Below, piece by piece: positions 49,680-63,114 of a stretch of 64,000 nt of DNA. The translations under genes and the position numbers were made by a program. Under the pieces are notes generated by a model. That model was not told the origin of the DNA. It ran no database searches and worked only from the letters and a program-made list of their open reading frames with translations. The DNA comes from Octopus sinensis (Eukaryota), in the NCBI RefSeq assembly GCF_006345805.1, contig NC_043023.1, positions 18,910,001 to 18,974,000 of the forward strand, written 5' to 3'. Numbering within the stretch: the first letter of the stretch is position 1; every line of letters begins with the position of its first letter.

Positions 49680-50265
49680 TAATGCAGACTACCTCGTTGA
49701 CGAACGACAGAGACCTTCTCTTTGTGGCTGGTGACTTCAAGGGTCACGTGGACGACATGCTGGGGGCTTCATGGCGTACATGGAGGCTACGGTTATGGTT
49801 CCCGCAACGAGGAGGGAACCAGGCTGCTGAGAGTTCTGCGATGCAAATAATCTTATGTTTTGCAACACTAACTTCAGGAAACCTACAAGCCACCTAGTCA
49901 CCTACCGATCGGGCCAACATACCAGCCAAATTGACTACATCCTTGCAAGCAAAGGGAGAGATGGCTGCTTATAAATGCCAAAACTTCCCAGGTGAAGAAT
50001 GTACCCCACAACATAGACTGTGGTAGTTAGTGACTTTAGGATCAGGACTAGGAGGACACCAGAAGACGACCACATGGAGAAGAAGGATCTGGAAGCTTAA
50101 GGATCCTGCGAATGGACAGAGATTTAGGGACATGCTACTTGAACCTTTAACGAAGTAGAAGGGGATAGAGTATCACAGTGGGGTAGAGGGCAACTGGACG
50201 TTCTAAGGGACAACCTGCTGAGAGCCACTGACCAGATCTGTGCTGGTGCAAGTCCCTTCTCGGAC
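49680..50265 (+). mobile_element. RTE LINE endonuclease-domain fragment
   Basis: LLFVAGDFKGHV (GDFNxHV) and QIDYIL motifs, frameshifted. Confidence 0.8.
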
Positions 50266-50337
50266 TATATATATAAATTAACAGAGTGATGGATAAAAAT
50301 CTATGGGTGTAAAGATTTCAGAAATTTATAAATAGAA

Positions 50338-50386
50338 GGTCTTACAGCTGTTTCAAGGATATTATTATATCCCTTCATCGGAGACC
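50338..50386 (-). ncRNA. Type I hammerhead ribozyme motif (U4C variant)
   Basis: GGTCT-CCGATGA-AGGGATAT...ATATCCTT-GAAAC-AGCT-GTA-AGACC; palindromic ACAGCTGT. Confidence 0.8.
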
Positions 50387-50647
50387 TCGATGAGAGACGG
50401 TGTGAGAAAATGGTTAAGTCATAGTTAATTTAGATAAGATACGATAGAGAGAATAGAGAGTGAAGTGGAGGAATGAAAATAGACATGAGATATGCAGGGA
50501 TATTGTATCTTAAGTTCTATTATTTAGGCAGAAGGTTATACATATAAGATTCCTGTACTTGTGATTAAGGTTCCAGTAGTATTTATGATGGTCATTCCAG
50601 CACAGAGTTTGTAAATTCTGTTATGAATCGGAATATTATATATATAT

Positions 50648-50812
50648 ATCATCATCATCATCCTCATCATCATCATTTAGCATCCGCTTTCCATGCTGGC
50701 ATGGTTGGACGGTTCAACTGGGGTCTGTGAAGCCAGAAGGCTGCATCAGGCCCAGTCTGATCTGGCAGTGTTCTACGGCTGGATGCCCTTCCTAACGCCA
50801 ACCACTCCGCGA
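50648..50812 (-). mobile_element. RTE-type LINE 3' tail with (GAT)n end
   Basis: CATCATCAT...CCGCTTTCCATGCTGGCATGG...GGATGCCCTTCCTAACGCCAACCAC; related pieces at ~5995 and ~10800. Confidence 0.55.
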
Positions 50813-51239
50813 ATGAGTTAAATTTATATTAGGGACTTGTAACTAATGTCACCGGAGTCATTCGGTGACGGCAAATTGTCAACAGCACCGCTTGATTTTG
50901 TATGTTAGTAATTAGCGCAGATAATTACATTATATCGTGTGGTAATATGAATATTAAGGTAAATACTAATGTCTTGGGGGTAAAATAAGGTGAGTACATA
51001 TTTCAGGGTCGATCTTCCATCCTTTCATCATTAAATATTTCATTTGAGCCACAATTTACATCATTAATTGGTTGGGGGTTATTTTACAGGACAGAGGAAA
51101 TGGCTATTAATCCACCAAACACTTGATCCTTGTTCGTCGATCGTCAAATCTGAAAGACAAAAAAAAAGAGCAAAGAGCATTTGGTGAACAACCCTGATTT
51201 AATGGGAACATAACATTTATTAGAACACTTTATATATAT

Positions 51240-51741
51240 CTAGCAGTATCGCCCGGCGTTGCTTGGGTTTGTAAGGGAAATAACTATATAAGCATTTTTA
51301 GAGAGTTACTTCCCTTATAAATTCGGGCTTTCTTAGCCATTTTGTTTTGGTGTCTTCAAGCCATGAGTCGTTGTTCTAAAAGAACGCTGGTTTCCTTCAC
51401 AACGCATTACGACGTTGATTTCTTTACACTCCTTCCCCACAGCTTCACGAGGGAGGGAAAGGGGGAGAAGAAAACAGGTGCAGCTGGAGGTTGACGCCAA
51501 CCCGCCGCCATCGACACACGATGCATTTTATGCATTAAAATGGAATAAAAAATGATGTTAAATTATTTTTAAAATCGTAGACTCATCGTTGACGCGCGCT
51601 AATAGTCAGACGGGCTTCGATATGAATCACGACTATAAGATACCAGATTTGGTTAAACTGCACCGCAAATTGTGGGAGGAGTTAGGAATCTAAATCGAAG
51701 GGGACAGACACTCACACAACTAGAGTTTTTATATATATAGA
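51240..51741 (-). mobile_element. Non-autonomous Helitron
   Basis: Reverse complement of 36225-36863; CTAG at 51240 next to the hairpin; A|TC start at 51741. Confidence 0.8.
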
Positions 51742-51759
51742 TATATTTCTTTATTACCC

Positions 51760-51970
51760 ACAAGGGGCGAAACACAGAGAGACAAACAAGGACCAAAGGA
51801 TTAAGGTCGATTATTCGACCCCATTGCGAAACTGGTACTTTATTAATCGACCCCGAAAGATGAAAGGCAAAGTCGACTCGGCGGAATTTGAACTCAGAAC
51901 GTAATGACAGTCGAAATACGGCTACGCATTTCGCCCGGCGTGCTAACGATTCTGCCAGCTCGCCGCCGTA
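51760..51970 (-). mobile_element. SINE, inverted relative to the 52140 array
   Basis: GGCGGAATTTGAACTCAGAACGTAA is the reverse complement of the 52140-52720 units. Confidence 0.85.
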
Positions 51971-52129
51971 TAGAATCTGACATACCTTCATTATACAGGG
52001 TTCATCAGCAAGATGCATGTTGACCTCAATAGTGGTGATCTCAAAAAAGCGCTCACTGCACTCTGTGAAGTGGTTGGCATCGGGAAGATCATCCATCCAT
52101 AGAAACCATGCTAAGGTGACAAACTGGCA

Positions 52130-52720
52130 GAAACGTTAGCACTCCAGGCGAAATGCTTAGCGGTATTTCATCTGCCGTTACGTTCTGAGTTCAAATTAGG
52201 CCGAGGTTGACTTTGCCTTTCATCCTTTCTGGGTCAATAAATAAAGTACCTGTTATGCACTGGGGTCGATGTAATTGACTTCATCCCTTTGTCTGTCCTT
52301 GTTTGTCCCCTCTATGTTTAGCCCCTTGTGGGTAATAAAGAAATAGGTATTTCGTCTGTCGTTACGTTCTGAGTTCAAATTCCACCGAGGTCGACTTTGC
52401 CTTTCATCCTTTCGGGGTCGATAAATAAAGTACCAGTTACGCACTGGGGTCGATATAATCGACTTAATCCCTTTGTCTGTCCTTGTTTGTCCCCTCTATG
52501 TTTAGCCCCCTTGTGGGTTGTAAAGAAATAGGTATTTCGTCTGTCATTACGTTCTGAGTTCAAATTCTGCCGAGGTCGACTTTGTCTTTCATCCTTTCGG
52601 GGTCAATAAATAAAGTACCAGTTACGCACTGGGGTCGATGTAATCGACTTAATCCGTTTGTCCGTCCTTGTTTGTCCCCTCTATGTCTAGCCCCTTGTGG
52701 GCAATAAAGAAATAAGAAAC
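52130..52720 (+). mobile_element. Three tandem SINE units (~182 bp)
   Basis: GGTATTTC...TTACGTTCTGAGTTCAAATT at ~52162, 52347 and 52531. Confidence 0.9.
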
Positions 52721-53134
52721 CATGCCAAAGCAAACCCCACTGGTGTTGGTGCCACATAAAAAGCATCCAGTCCATTCTGGCATTAGGTAAGGCATAGCAC
52801 CATAGAAACCATGCCTCAGCAGACACTGGAATATGATGAAGTCCTTGTACATATTACATCATGTCAAACAGACCAAAAGAGTGTGAACAGCATGCTCTAC
52901 AGAGAGTCGAACCCTGTACTTCTTAAACACTGGTTAAGCACTCTACCATTATGTTAAGTGACCCCTGGCAGATATATATTAACCTGTATGGTAGATTTCT
53001 ATAATAGCTATCGCCGCCTCATGGGGGATGAAAAGAGCAAGGGATTGAGTCGTTTTTGCTTCATGTTTTAGTATTTCTGGGTAATAAACAAGAGGAATGA
53101 GGTTTCTGGAAGAAGTTTCATTTTTTGTTTTAAA

Positions 53135-53165
<31 letters not shown>

Positions 53166-53167
53166 TA

Positions 53168-54240
53168 AGGCACAGGAGTGGCTGTGTGGTAAGTAGCTTG
53201 CTCACCAACCACATGGTTTCGGGTTCAGTCCCACTGCGTGGCACCTAGGGCAGGTGTCTTCTACTATAGCCTCGGGCCGACCAAATCCTTGTGAGTGGAT
53301 TTGGTAGATGGAAACTGAAAGAAGCCCATCGTATATAGGCGCAGAGTGGCTGTGTGGTAAGTAGCTTGCTTGCCAACCACATGGTTCAGGGTTCAGTCCC
53401 ACTGCATGGCACCTAGGGCAGGTGTCTTCTACTATAGCCTCGGGCTGACCGATGCCTAGTGAGTGGATTTGGTAGACGGAAACTGAAAGAAGCCTGTCGT
53501 ATATATTATAGGCGCAGGAGTGGCTGTGTGGTAAGTAGCTTGCTAACCAACCACATGGTTTCGGGTTCAGTCCCACTCCGTGGCATCTTGGGCAGGTGTC
53601 TTCTACTATAGCCTCGGGCCGACCAAATCCTTGTGAGTGGATTTCGTAGATGGAAACTGAAAGAAGCCCATCGTATATAGGCGCAAGAGTGGCTGTGTGG
53701 TAAGTAGCTTGCTTACAAACCACATGGTTTCGGGTTCAGTCCCACTGCGTGGCACCTTGGGCAGGTGTCTTCTACTATAGCCTCAGGCCGACCAAAGCCT
53801 TGTGAGTGGATTTGGTAGATGGAAACTGAAAGAAGCCCATCGTATATAGGCGCAAGAGTGGCTGTGTGGTAAGTAGCTTGCTTACAAACCACATGGTTCT
53901 GGGTTCAGTCCCACTGCATGGCACCTTAGGCAAGTGTCTTCTACTATAGCCTCAGGCCGACCAAAGCATTGTGAGTGGATTTGGTAGCCAGAAACTGAGA
54001 GAAGCCTGTCATATATATGTATATATATATTTTTGTGTGTCTGTGTTTGTCCCCCTAGCATTGCTTGACAACCGATGCTGGTGTGTTTACGTCCCCGTCA
54101 CTTAGCGGTTCGGCAAAAGAGACCGATAGAATAAGTACTGGGCTTACAAAGAATAAGTCCCGGGGTCGATTTGCTCGACTAAAGGCGGTGCTCCAGCATG
54201 GCTGCAGTCAAATGACTGAAACAAGTAAAAGAGTAAAAGA
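53168..54240 (+). mobile_element. SINE with five tandem 5' halves (~170 bp) and one 3' tail
   Basis: GAGTGGCTGTGTGGTAAGTAGC heads at ~53168, 53338, 53510, 53680 and 53849; single ACAACCGATGCTGG tail at ~54068. Confidence 0.9.
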
Positions 54241-54619
54241 GTATATATAAATATCTAATATAGGATAAAAATTTTCGAAAAAATTTTATCAATGGCCAGC
54301 ATATTAAGAAAATACCTTTAAAGGTTAAATTTTATAAACAACTTATAAACAAGGGCAAAAGAAAAAAACTCTAATGCCATATACCGAAATAGACTTATTC
54401 GTCAATAACCATATAATTTATCACTATAAGCTCGCGTCTCGAAAGCAAGCCGATAGAAATTGCTAAAAAATTTCGTTATTACCGGATCGGTTCCAATTTC
54501 TGAGTTAATTCAATTAGAATTTTCTCTTCATCAGCGATAAATACGATAAGGAAATAAATGAGATACTTACTTGCACCCATGGAAGAATTATATATAAGTA
54601 AATAGAACTTATATATATA

Positions 54620-54802
54620 GGCGTAGGAGTGGCTGTGTGGTAAGTATCTTGCTTACCAACCATACGGTTCTGGTTTCAGTCCCACTGCGTGGCACCTTGG
54701 GCAAGTGTCTTCTACTATAGCCTTGGGGCCGACCAAGCCTTGTGAGTGGATTTGGTAGACGGAAACTGAAAGAAGAACGTCATATATATATATATATATA
54801 TA

Positions 54803-54839
<37 letters not shown>

Positions 54840-55080
54840 TGTGTGTATGTGTGTTTGTGTGTCTGTGTTTGTTCCCCCCAACATCGCTTGACAACCGATG
54901 CTGGTGTGTTTACATCCCCGTTACTTAGCGGTTCGGCAAATGAGACCAAGAGAATAAGTACTAGGCTTGCAAAGAATAAGTCTTGGGGTCGATTTGCTAG
55001 ACTAAAAAGGCGGTGCTCCAGCATGGCTGCAGTCACATGACTGAAACAAGTAAAAGAGTAAAAAAGTAAAGAGTAAAGTG
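54620..55080 (+). mobile_element. Full SINE (head, TA linker, tail)
   Basis: Same head and tail as 53168-54240. Confidence 0.85.
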
Positions 55081-55116
<36 letters not shown>

Positions 55117-55410
55117 ATTACTATACTTAGTTTTTTGTATCCGAGTTGCAAAATTATGTGAATTAGTGTGTCAAACAAACAAATTTTGTTGTGTCTACAG
55201 TGAGTTATTTCGCCAATATCAATTAGCAAGTTAAGCAAATAATTGATAAGTTTGTTGGACAATTAACCAGTTGACAAATAATAATGAAGTGGCAGCTAAC
55301 CAGTGCATGTGTTACTTTCAGCAAAATTTTTTATCTTTTCACTGCGACCATGCTGGGGCACCACCTTGAATTTTTAGCAAATGTATAGACCCCATATATA
55401 TATATATATA

Positions 55411-55775
55411 CTAGCAGTATCGCCCGCGTTGTCGGGTTTGTAAGGGAAATAACTATAAAGCATTTTTTAGAGAGTTATAGCCAAAAAATGGAATAAAAAA
55501 TGAGGGTAAATTTTTTTTTTAGTTAAAAGGTCGAGTTGCGTCCCCTAGACAGTCTGTGGTTTGTGTTTTTCTGATTCCGACCCCCATGTCGAATTTATCG
55601 ATTTTTTTCAGAACTGGGGGAACTTTTCAAAATTTTCGCTGCGTAGTTTTGAATTATGAGATTGGCTATTTTGTGTCAAGTTTCATCAGAATCGGTTGAA
55701 AGCCGTGGTCAGGTGAGGGTACAACCTAACAGACACACAGAAACACACACAGACAAACTGCCGTTTATATATAAT
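55411..55775 (-). mobile_element. Non-autonomous Helitron (shared 3' end, different body)
   Basis: CTAGCAGTATCGCCCG...GGGTTTGTAAGGGAAAT end as at 51240. Confidence 0.7.
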
Positions 55776-55830
<55 letters not shown>

Positions 55831-56097
55831 ACCAGCCAGCATTCTGAAACCTTTTTTCTTTCATATGTATAAATCTGTACATCACCCCCAATACTTCTAA
55901 CATATATCTCTGGATCTTTCCTCTCCTATGTTTCCGTACAAAGAGCTCCGCTCGAAACGTTTAACTTTCCTTCTTTCCTTCTTTCCTGAGCATCCAATAA
56001 TACTATATTTGTTCCACGTCCTCGCGTTGTTGTATTTTTTTGTGTCTTTCCTTGTTTGGATTAACCTTTATATAATATATATATATATATATATACT

Positions 56098-56594
56098 ACT
56101 ACTTCGCCACTTAATGTACTTATATATGAATAATATATGGCCTGTGCTAGAAACACCAGCGATAATAATAAATTTATTTTTATCACATTCTGTCTTTGTT
56201 TACTATTTCTCGATAATTTTGAGCGTTAGACTTATACCAGAAATCCTAGTTTGTCGGGTACGTTCTGCGTCTGCCGCAGTGATCTGATTAGTTAGAAAGA
56301 GCAAATCAGTAGACGCCATGTTGTCTATCGGGTTGGATTTAAGATAACAGGAATCTTACTGAAGAGCCTACCTGAGGCAAATAAATATTTTTATTGCTGA
56401 AAAAGGCGAAACTGCAGTCTAAAAGAACCGAGTTAGTAAAAGTTTTTATTTTCATTTCACTAAATTTATCAAGCTTCTGTGTTTCTAGTACATACTTCGC
56501 CGCTTAATGTACTATATATGAATAATATATGGCCTGTGCTAGAAACACCAGCATAATAATTAAATTTATTTTATCGCATTCTGTCTTTGTTTAT
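56098..56594 (+). mobile_element. Short element with ~100-bp direct repeats enclosing a hammerhead (pLTR/retrozyme-like)
   Basis: TACTTCGCC...TGTCTTTGTTTA at ~56100-56201 and ~56493-56594; spacing ~393 bp; flanked by (TA)n. Confidence 0.7.
56356..56422 (+). ncRNA. Type I hammerhead ribozyme (canonical, GUC site)
   Basis: TTA-CTGAAGA-GCCT...AGGC-GAAAC-TGCA-GTC-TAA; palindromic ACTGCAGT. Confidence 0.85.
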
Positions 56595-56818
56595 ATATAT
56601 AATAATATATTATAATATATATATATAAAGATATATATATATATATATATGTGTATGTATATATATATATATTATTATAATGTATTTTATATTATATATA
56701 TGTATTTATATAATATGGAGTTATATATATATATAATATGTATTTATATAATTATATATTGTATTTAATATATATTATATATGTATTTATATATAATATA
56801 TATATATATGTATTTATA

Positions 56819-56874
<56 letters not shown>

Positions 56875-56943
56875 TAATGTATTTATATATATATATATCT
56901 ATATATATATATATATATATATCTATATATATATATATATAGT

Positions 56944-57308
56944 GGAGGCGCAATGGCCTAGTGGTTAGGGCAGCTGACTCGCAGTTTCGATTCCCAGACC
57001 GGGCGTTGTGAGTGTTTATTGAGCGAAAACACCTAAAGCTCCACGAGGCTCCGGCAGGGGATGGTGGTGATCCCTGCTGTACTCTTTCACCACAACTTTC
57101 TCTCACTCTTACTTCCTGTTTCTGTTGTACCTGTATTTCAAAGGGCCGGCCTCGTCACTCTCTGTGTCACGCTGAATATCCCCGAGGACTACGTTAAGGG
57201 TGCACGTGTCTGTGGAGTGCTCAGCCACTTACACGTTAATTTCACGAGCAGGCTGTTCCGTTGATCGGATCAACTGGAACCCTCGTCGTCGTAACCGACG
57301 GAGTGCTT
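56944..57308 (+). mobile_element. tRNA-derived SINE
   Basis: GGAGGCGCAATGGCCTAGTGGTTAGGGCAGC...TTCGATTCCC head (A and B boxes). Confidence 0.85.
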
Positions 57309-58368
57309 CCATCCACATTACAGCATTTCGTTTCGTTTTGTTTTGGTTACACTGCTGGGGAACAGACAACAATATAAGGGAACAGACAAAAATGCTGGAA
57401 CGAACCCACCATCAGTAGAGACATCTAGTGGAGAATTCAAGAAATGCAATCATATAAAGGGAAATAACTTCTACACTACATCGACCAAGCTCCAATTATT
57501 AATTAAGGTGCGTAATTAGCGATCGCTGACTCGCAGTTTCTATCTGAACAGGGTAAGTTGACAAAGATTTACTTTAAGGCTTTAGATACAAGACCTGAAA
57601 TTTGAGGGAGGTCAATAGTCGATTACATCGGCTCCAATATTTGATTGGTATTTAATTTATCCACCCAGAAGGAATAAAAGGTTAAAGTCAGCCTCGACGG
57701 AATTTGAACTCAGAACGTACCTCGTCTTAATTAATAACTTCCAAACTGAAATGTTGGTTTGTTGCTTGTGAAAACCTATGATCGGATGTTAGATGTGATA
57801 TAGAGGAAATTTATTTGTAAAATGAGAAGAAAACGTTGTGATTAACGAGTAAAAACGAACGGAGAACCGGCATAACTACAGATTCATGCCCCACCACTTT
57901 GGATGATCGTAAGTTTAATTAAATATTCTACGAATATTTGTTATAGTATGTAGATTCCGAATGTACAAAACTTTTGTAGGAAAGTGCTTTTGGTGTGAGG
58001 AGTTTCGGAAAATTCAGCGGCGTCAACTTCAATTCTTCTTAACTTTCAAGAAAATAGATGTCATATTTTTAAATGAAATTTTCTACAAATATACCTCGGA
58101 CGATATAGATTCCGAGAAGGTAGGAATTTGGGGGCAAAACAATTCGGGGGTTTACTTTTGAGGACCGTTCGTTTATTTATTTTCTAAAATATTCCTTAAT
58201 TCTTGCAACCTCTTCACTGGTTCTTGACCTTGTCCATTATTGGAGCTGTTTCTTTGTTTGTTGCTGTGCATGTGTCTGTATGCGGCAGCTTGCATGAATA
58301 GACACGTATGTATATATATGGATTTATGCTTATACATACAATATATATATATATATATGAAATATATA

Positions 58369-58415
<47 letters not shown>

Positions 58416-58454
58416 TAATATATACTTTATTTAAAGCAGAAAATTCAACAAAAT

Positions 58455-58492
58455 CTGTTACTCTGAGTTTCTCGTTGCCGTTCATCAGACAG
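58455..58492 (-). ncRNA. Minimal type I hammerhead motif (A.A variant, GNRA-capped stem II)
   Basis: CTGT-CTGATGA-A-CG-GCAA-CG-A-GAAAC-TCAGA-GTA-ACAG. Confidence 0.7.
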
Positions 58493-58859
58493 TTTTTGCT
58501 AGAATGGAACAATATATATTAATTCAATCTATACTCTTACAAACGCTACACCTTTAAAAAGAAATGTACTTGTTTGATTGGCCCTTTAGAAAAAACGGTC
58601 AATCTTCGAGCGATAAACAAAAGGTCAAAAATATATGTATATATATATAAAAAAACTTATAAAAATTATAAAAATTATAAAATCCGAGGAAAAAAACCGA
58701 GGAAAAAACCTATTGCCGTTAATGAAGACAGTACAAATTAATGCATAGAAATTAAACCTGTTATAAATACTGCAATACATATTTATATTAAAATCCACAT
58801 ATATATATCAACATACACAAAAGGATGCGCGTAAACGCCATACATACATATACAGACGT

Positions 58860-59140
58860 ATGAATATATATATATATATATATTTACATATAATATATAT
58901 ATTTACATATATATATATATATTTACATATATATATATATATTACATATATATATATATAATTTACATATATATATATATTTACTATATATATATATATA
59001 TTACATATAATATATATATATTTACTATATATATATATATATTTACATATAATATATATATATTTACATATAATATATATAAATATATTTACATATATAT
59101 AATATATATATTTACATATATATATATATATATATAATAT

Positions 59141-59194
<54 letters not shown>

Positions 59195-59198
59195 ATAT
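58860..59198. repeat. (TA)n-derived TTTACATATATA minisatellite
   Basis: Direct reading of the sequence. Confidence 0.9.
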
Positions 59199-59199
59199 G

Positions 59200-59572
59200 G
59201 GTACTTTTCTACAAGTGTGGTCCCGGTGCTAGCTAGTCATGACTAGTCGATCTTACAAAGACTACGTAACGCGAGTGCGTGACTAAAATCACACTCGCAT
59301 TCGCTAGACATGAGGTTTTTTTTAGCAAATAATTTTTTTTAAACAAAGAAAATAAAACACAAAGTAAGTAATTTCTTTTGTTGAGTCTTTTATTTACTTT
59401 GTTTAAGACAAAACCCATTTTATTTTATATATATTCAGCCATTATATACATATATTATTATGCGCGCATCTGTTAATTTGCATACTCGCGCTAGGTAGTC
59501 GTTGAAGGATCGACCAGTTACGACGGACTAGCACGAGTGCGCGCACCGGGACCATTCTTTATGAGTGGTACC
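59200..59572. mobile_element. MITE with degenerate ~80-bp TIRs (GGTAC...GTACC ends)
   Basis: TGGTCCCGGTGC / GCACCGGGACCA and further mirrored blocks (GACTACGTAACGCGAGT vs ACTCGCGCTAGGTAGTC). Confidence 0.65.
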
Positions 59573-61160
59573 TTTGGTAGAGTATGGAGGACTGGTTATG
59601 TGGTCATGCTGCCTCTAATTTTTATTTCATCCCCCTGCAATGCTTCTAGATGTCTCACCAACGTATGTAATGTTCTTGTCTTTACAAGCACCCCACAAGA
59701 AAATCTCTGTCTATAGATGGGTAGAGGCGAATTATATCCATTCTACCCGGACACAACCCGTGAGGTGTTCAGAGGGTTTGCAGCTATTGATTCTACTGAG
59801 GAGATCCTCCCTGCTCACAAAGACGTGTGTCGCCATTTCCGTGAGTGGTCGTAACCCCTGCGAGAGGAAGGAGAATAATTACCGTTGTCCCTTTTTTTAA
59901 TGAAGGACTCATGAAATTGTAAGATGTATTTGGAGTCAGGATTTTGCTCCATGAGCCGACTCTACTTTTTGGGGTTTATAAATATTAACGTTGATGATAA
60001 TAATAATAATAATGATTTTTCTTTTAGTATTTTTAAGTAAAAAACCTGAAATTTGTAGGAAGGGGACAAATTAATTTCAGGGACTCGAGTGCTCTACTGC
60101 TTCTTTTATTTACCTCGAAAGGATGAAAGTCGACCTCAGTGGAAGTCATACTTTGAAAGGAAAGACGTTTGGGGCACCAACTCATGACAGACAAAATATA
60201 AAGAGGGACCTTCACTGTGGGCTTGCTAGCAAGCTGGTCTTCAGATAAGGGACTCCTGGTTAGGTGGGAGGGGCATCTAGATGCCCAAATGATCGATCGT
60301 ACTCGCCCTCACAGTGTGTACCTGATTGAAGAGAAATAAACAATGCACAGACACACTCCCATTCCTGATTGCTTTTATCTCTAGTTTGACAAAGCTATTT
60401 ACGAACGAAATGCTGTTAAGCAATTAATCCGGCATCTTAGAGATTCTACCAGTATTTAATATTGTAGCAAGTCAGGAAAGCTATTTTAGTTGTTACACCA
60501 TAGCACGGTTCTGCTATGTCATTCTCCAGCCCATCGGGGTGGGCATATATGGATCCTAGAGGTAAGTTCAGTGCCCATGAAGAGAAGTGGGAGTTTTAAT
60601 TAGTCAGCATTTCACTTGTGGCAACTTTGCTCTGCGAAATTCTGTATGGCATCAACTCACTACTCTGGTCATGTTATGCCCACTATATTTTCGTTTTGGC
60701 TAGCTCCATTCCCATTAGCTTCTAACTCCTTCCAACTCAATCTACTTATGCAAGCATGGACAGTAAATGCATGACAATGGTAGTGATATAAAATCTGCAA
60801 TGTTTATTTACTTATGTTGGTGAACTATCCAGTTTTATCTTACTGCTTCTTTTCCTATTTCAGATTATCACAACATGTTGACGTGAAGGAAATCTCTCCA
60901 TTCAGAAGTGTCTTTGATATTCTCATCACCTAAAGGAAGACAGTATATTTATAAGGAGCATTCATGAATAAGTCTACCTCTGTATATAAATACAGTCTAT
61001 AACAAGGAACAGCGAAATATTTTTCTTTCTGTGGAATGTATGGAAGAAACATTGCATTAAATTGTTATCTGAATGAAGTGACAAAAGTGAACAGAAATGT
61101 ATTCATGGAAATGAAAAACACTTTATCATTGTGAAGTGTATGATAAGTAATTCTCTCAAA

Positions 61161-62471
61161 ATGAATAATTTAACTGTATCAGAAAACCTTGATAAAGAGG
61201 AAAAGCCATATCACTGTAATATCTGTGGAAAATCATTTTCTTACAGTAGTGACATTTCTAGACACAAACGTACACATACAGGAGAGAAACCTTATCATTG
61301 TGAGATCTGTGGTAAATCATTCTCTGTAAGCAATATCTTAACTGATCACATACGTACACATACAGGAGAGAAACCTTATCATTGTGATATCTGTGGTAAA
61401 TCATTCTCTCAAAGGAATAGCTTGACTGTTCATAAACATACACATACCGGAGAGAAGCCATATGATTGTGAGATCTGTGGTAAATCATTCTCTCAAAGTC
61501 ATCACTTGACTGATCACGTACGTACACATACAGGAGAGAAACCATATCACTGTGATATCTGTGGTAAATCATTCTCTCAAAGTCATCACTTGACTAATCA
61601 CAAGCCTTCACATACTGGTGAGAAAACTTATCATTGTGATATCTGTGGTGAATCATTCTGTGAACGTAAAGCTTTAACTAACCATAAGAAGATTCATATT
61701 GGTGAAAAGCCATATCAGTGTGATATCTGTGGTAAATCATTCTCTTGTAAAAGTCATTTGGTTGATCACAATCGCATTCATACAGGAGAGAAGCCATATC
61801 AATGTGAAATCTGTGGTAAATCATTCTCTCGTAATGGTCAATTGGTTACTCACAATCGCCTTCATACAGGAGAGAAACCTTATCACTGTGATATCTGTGG
61901 TAAATCATTCTCTGTAAGTAGTGCCTTACAAAGACACAAACGTATTCATACAGGAGAGAAGCCATACCATTGTGATATCTGTGGTAAATCATTCTCTTGT
62001 AATAGTGAATTGGTTTCTCACAAGCGTACACATACAGGAGAGAAACCTTATCAGTGTGATATCTGTGGTAAATCATTCTCTCACAGCAATAACTTGACTG
62101 ATCACAAGCCTACACATACAGGAGAAAAACCATATCACTGTGATATCTGTGGTAAATCATTCTCTCTAAGTAACCACTTGAGTAGGCACAAACGTACACA
62201 TACAGGAGACAAACCTTATCATTGTGATATCTGTGGTAAATCATTCTCTGTAAGTAGCAACTTGACTAGGCACAGTCTTACTCATACAGGAGAGAGACCA
62301 TATCGCTGTGATATCTGTGGTAAATCATTCGCTAGTAATAGTCAATTGGTTTCTCACAATCGCCTTCATACTGGTGAGAAACCTTATCATTGTGAGATCT
62401 GTGGTAAATCATTTTCTCAAAGGTATCAGTTGAACAGACACACGCATACACATACAGGGGGGAAACCATAA
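61161..62471 (+). CDS. C2H2 zinc-finger protein, 15 fingers, intact
   Basis: Open ORF with 15 CxxC-x12-HxxxH units and TGEKP-type linkers; no effector domain. The ATG aligned with the paralogs is 61161 (an upstream in-frame ATG is at 61140). Confidence 0.93.
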   Translation: MNNLTVSENLDKEEKPYHCNICGKSFSYSSDISRHKRTHTGEKPYHCEICGKSFSVSNILTDHIRTHTGEKPYHCDICGKSFSQRNSLTVHKHTHTGEKPYDCEICGKSFSQSHHLTDHVRTHTGEKPYHCDICGKSFSQSHHLTNHKPSHTGEKTYHCDICGESFCERKALTNHKKIHIGEKPYQCDICGKSFSCKSHLVDHNRIHTGEKPYQCEICGKSFSRNGQLVTHNRLHTGEKPYHCDICGKSFSVSSALQRHKRIHTGEKPYHCDICGKSFSCNSELVSHKRTHTGEKPYQCDICGKSFSHSNNLTDHKPTHTGEKPYHCDICGKSFSLSNHLSRHKRTHTGDKPYHCDICGKSFSVSSNLTRHSLTHTGERPYRCDICGKSFASNSQLVSHNRLHTGEKPYHCEICGKSFSQRYQLNRHTHTHTGGKP

Positions 62472-63114
62472 TCTTGCATTAGTTGTTGTAATTCATTTTT
62501 TGCAAATGGTGTTGTAACTACACACGGAAATGTTCATCCCAGACACAACCTATGTAATGGTCGTGTCTGTGTTAAAGCATTCTCTCATAGACCTAACTTA
62601 ACTCTACATGAACGAATCCCTACATGAGAGTAACCATGTCCGTGTGACATGTGTGGCAAATGATTCTCTCGAAAAAGCCACATGCACAAACATGTGGCTA
62701 TTCACAGAGACATGTTTCTGTCTCAATGTCAAAATTTATTAAGTCATAACGATAATTAACACTAATTGGTCTGCTAAAACACAGGCTTTTTCCTTTCATC
62801 AGTTATAGGAATTTCTTAATAAAGAATAATGAATAAAATATTTATTTTGTCCTTGTTTTTTTTTGCTCTATATCTGGACCCTGTTCCCTTTCTCCCTTAA
62901 ACCTGTCAACTGGCACAAAGTGACGTTCCTTCAATACTACCTTCCTCCCTGCCAGTTTTGAGCTATTTTGTCTTGCAAGGTCCTTGGGGGCCCTGACGGT
63001 TTTGTAAAAGGGTTGACATTAGGAAATGCATTCTGCTGTAGAAAAGCCAAATCAGACAAGGGAAACTGGTGCAGCTCATGGCTTTGTCAGCTCCGGTTGA
63101 AGCATCCAACATAT

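Noticed and set aside
54486-54540. Hammerhead on the minus strand
   Set aside because: CTGATGA and GAAA are present but the U16.1 position is A; kept only as decayed support for the A.A variant.
55930-55965. Hammerhead-like GAGC-TCC-GCTC-GAAACGTT
   Set aside because: The CUGANGA box is destroyed (CCGTACAA); a dead copy at best.
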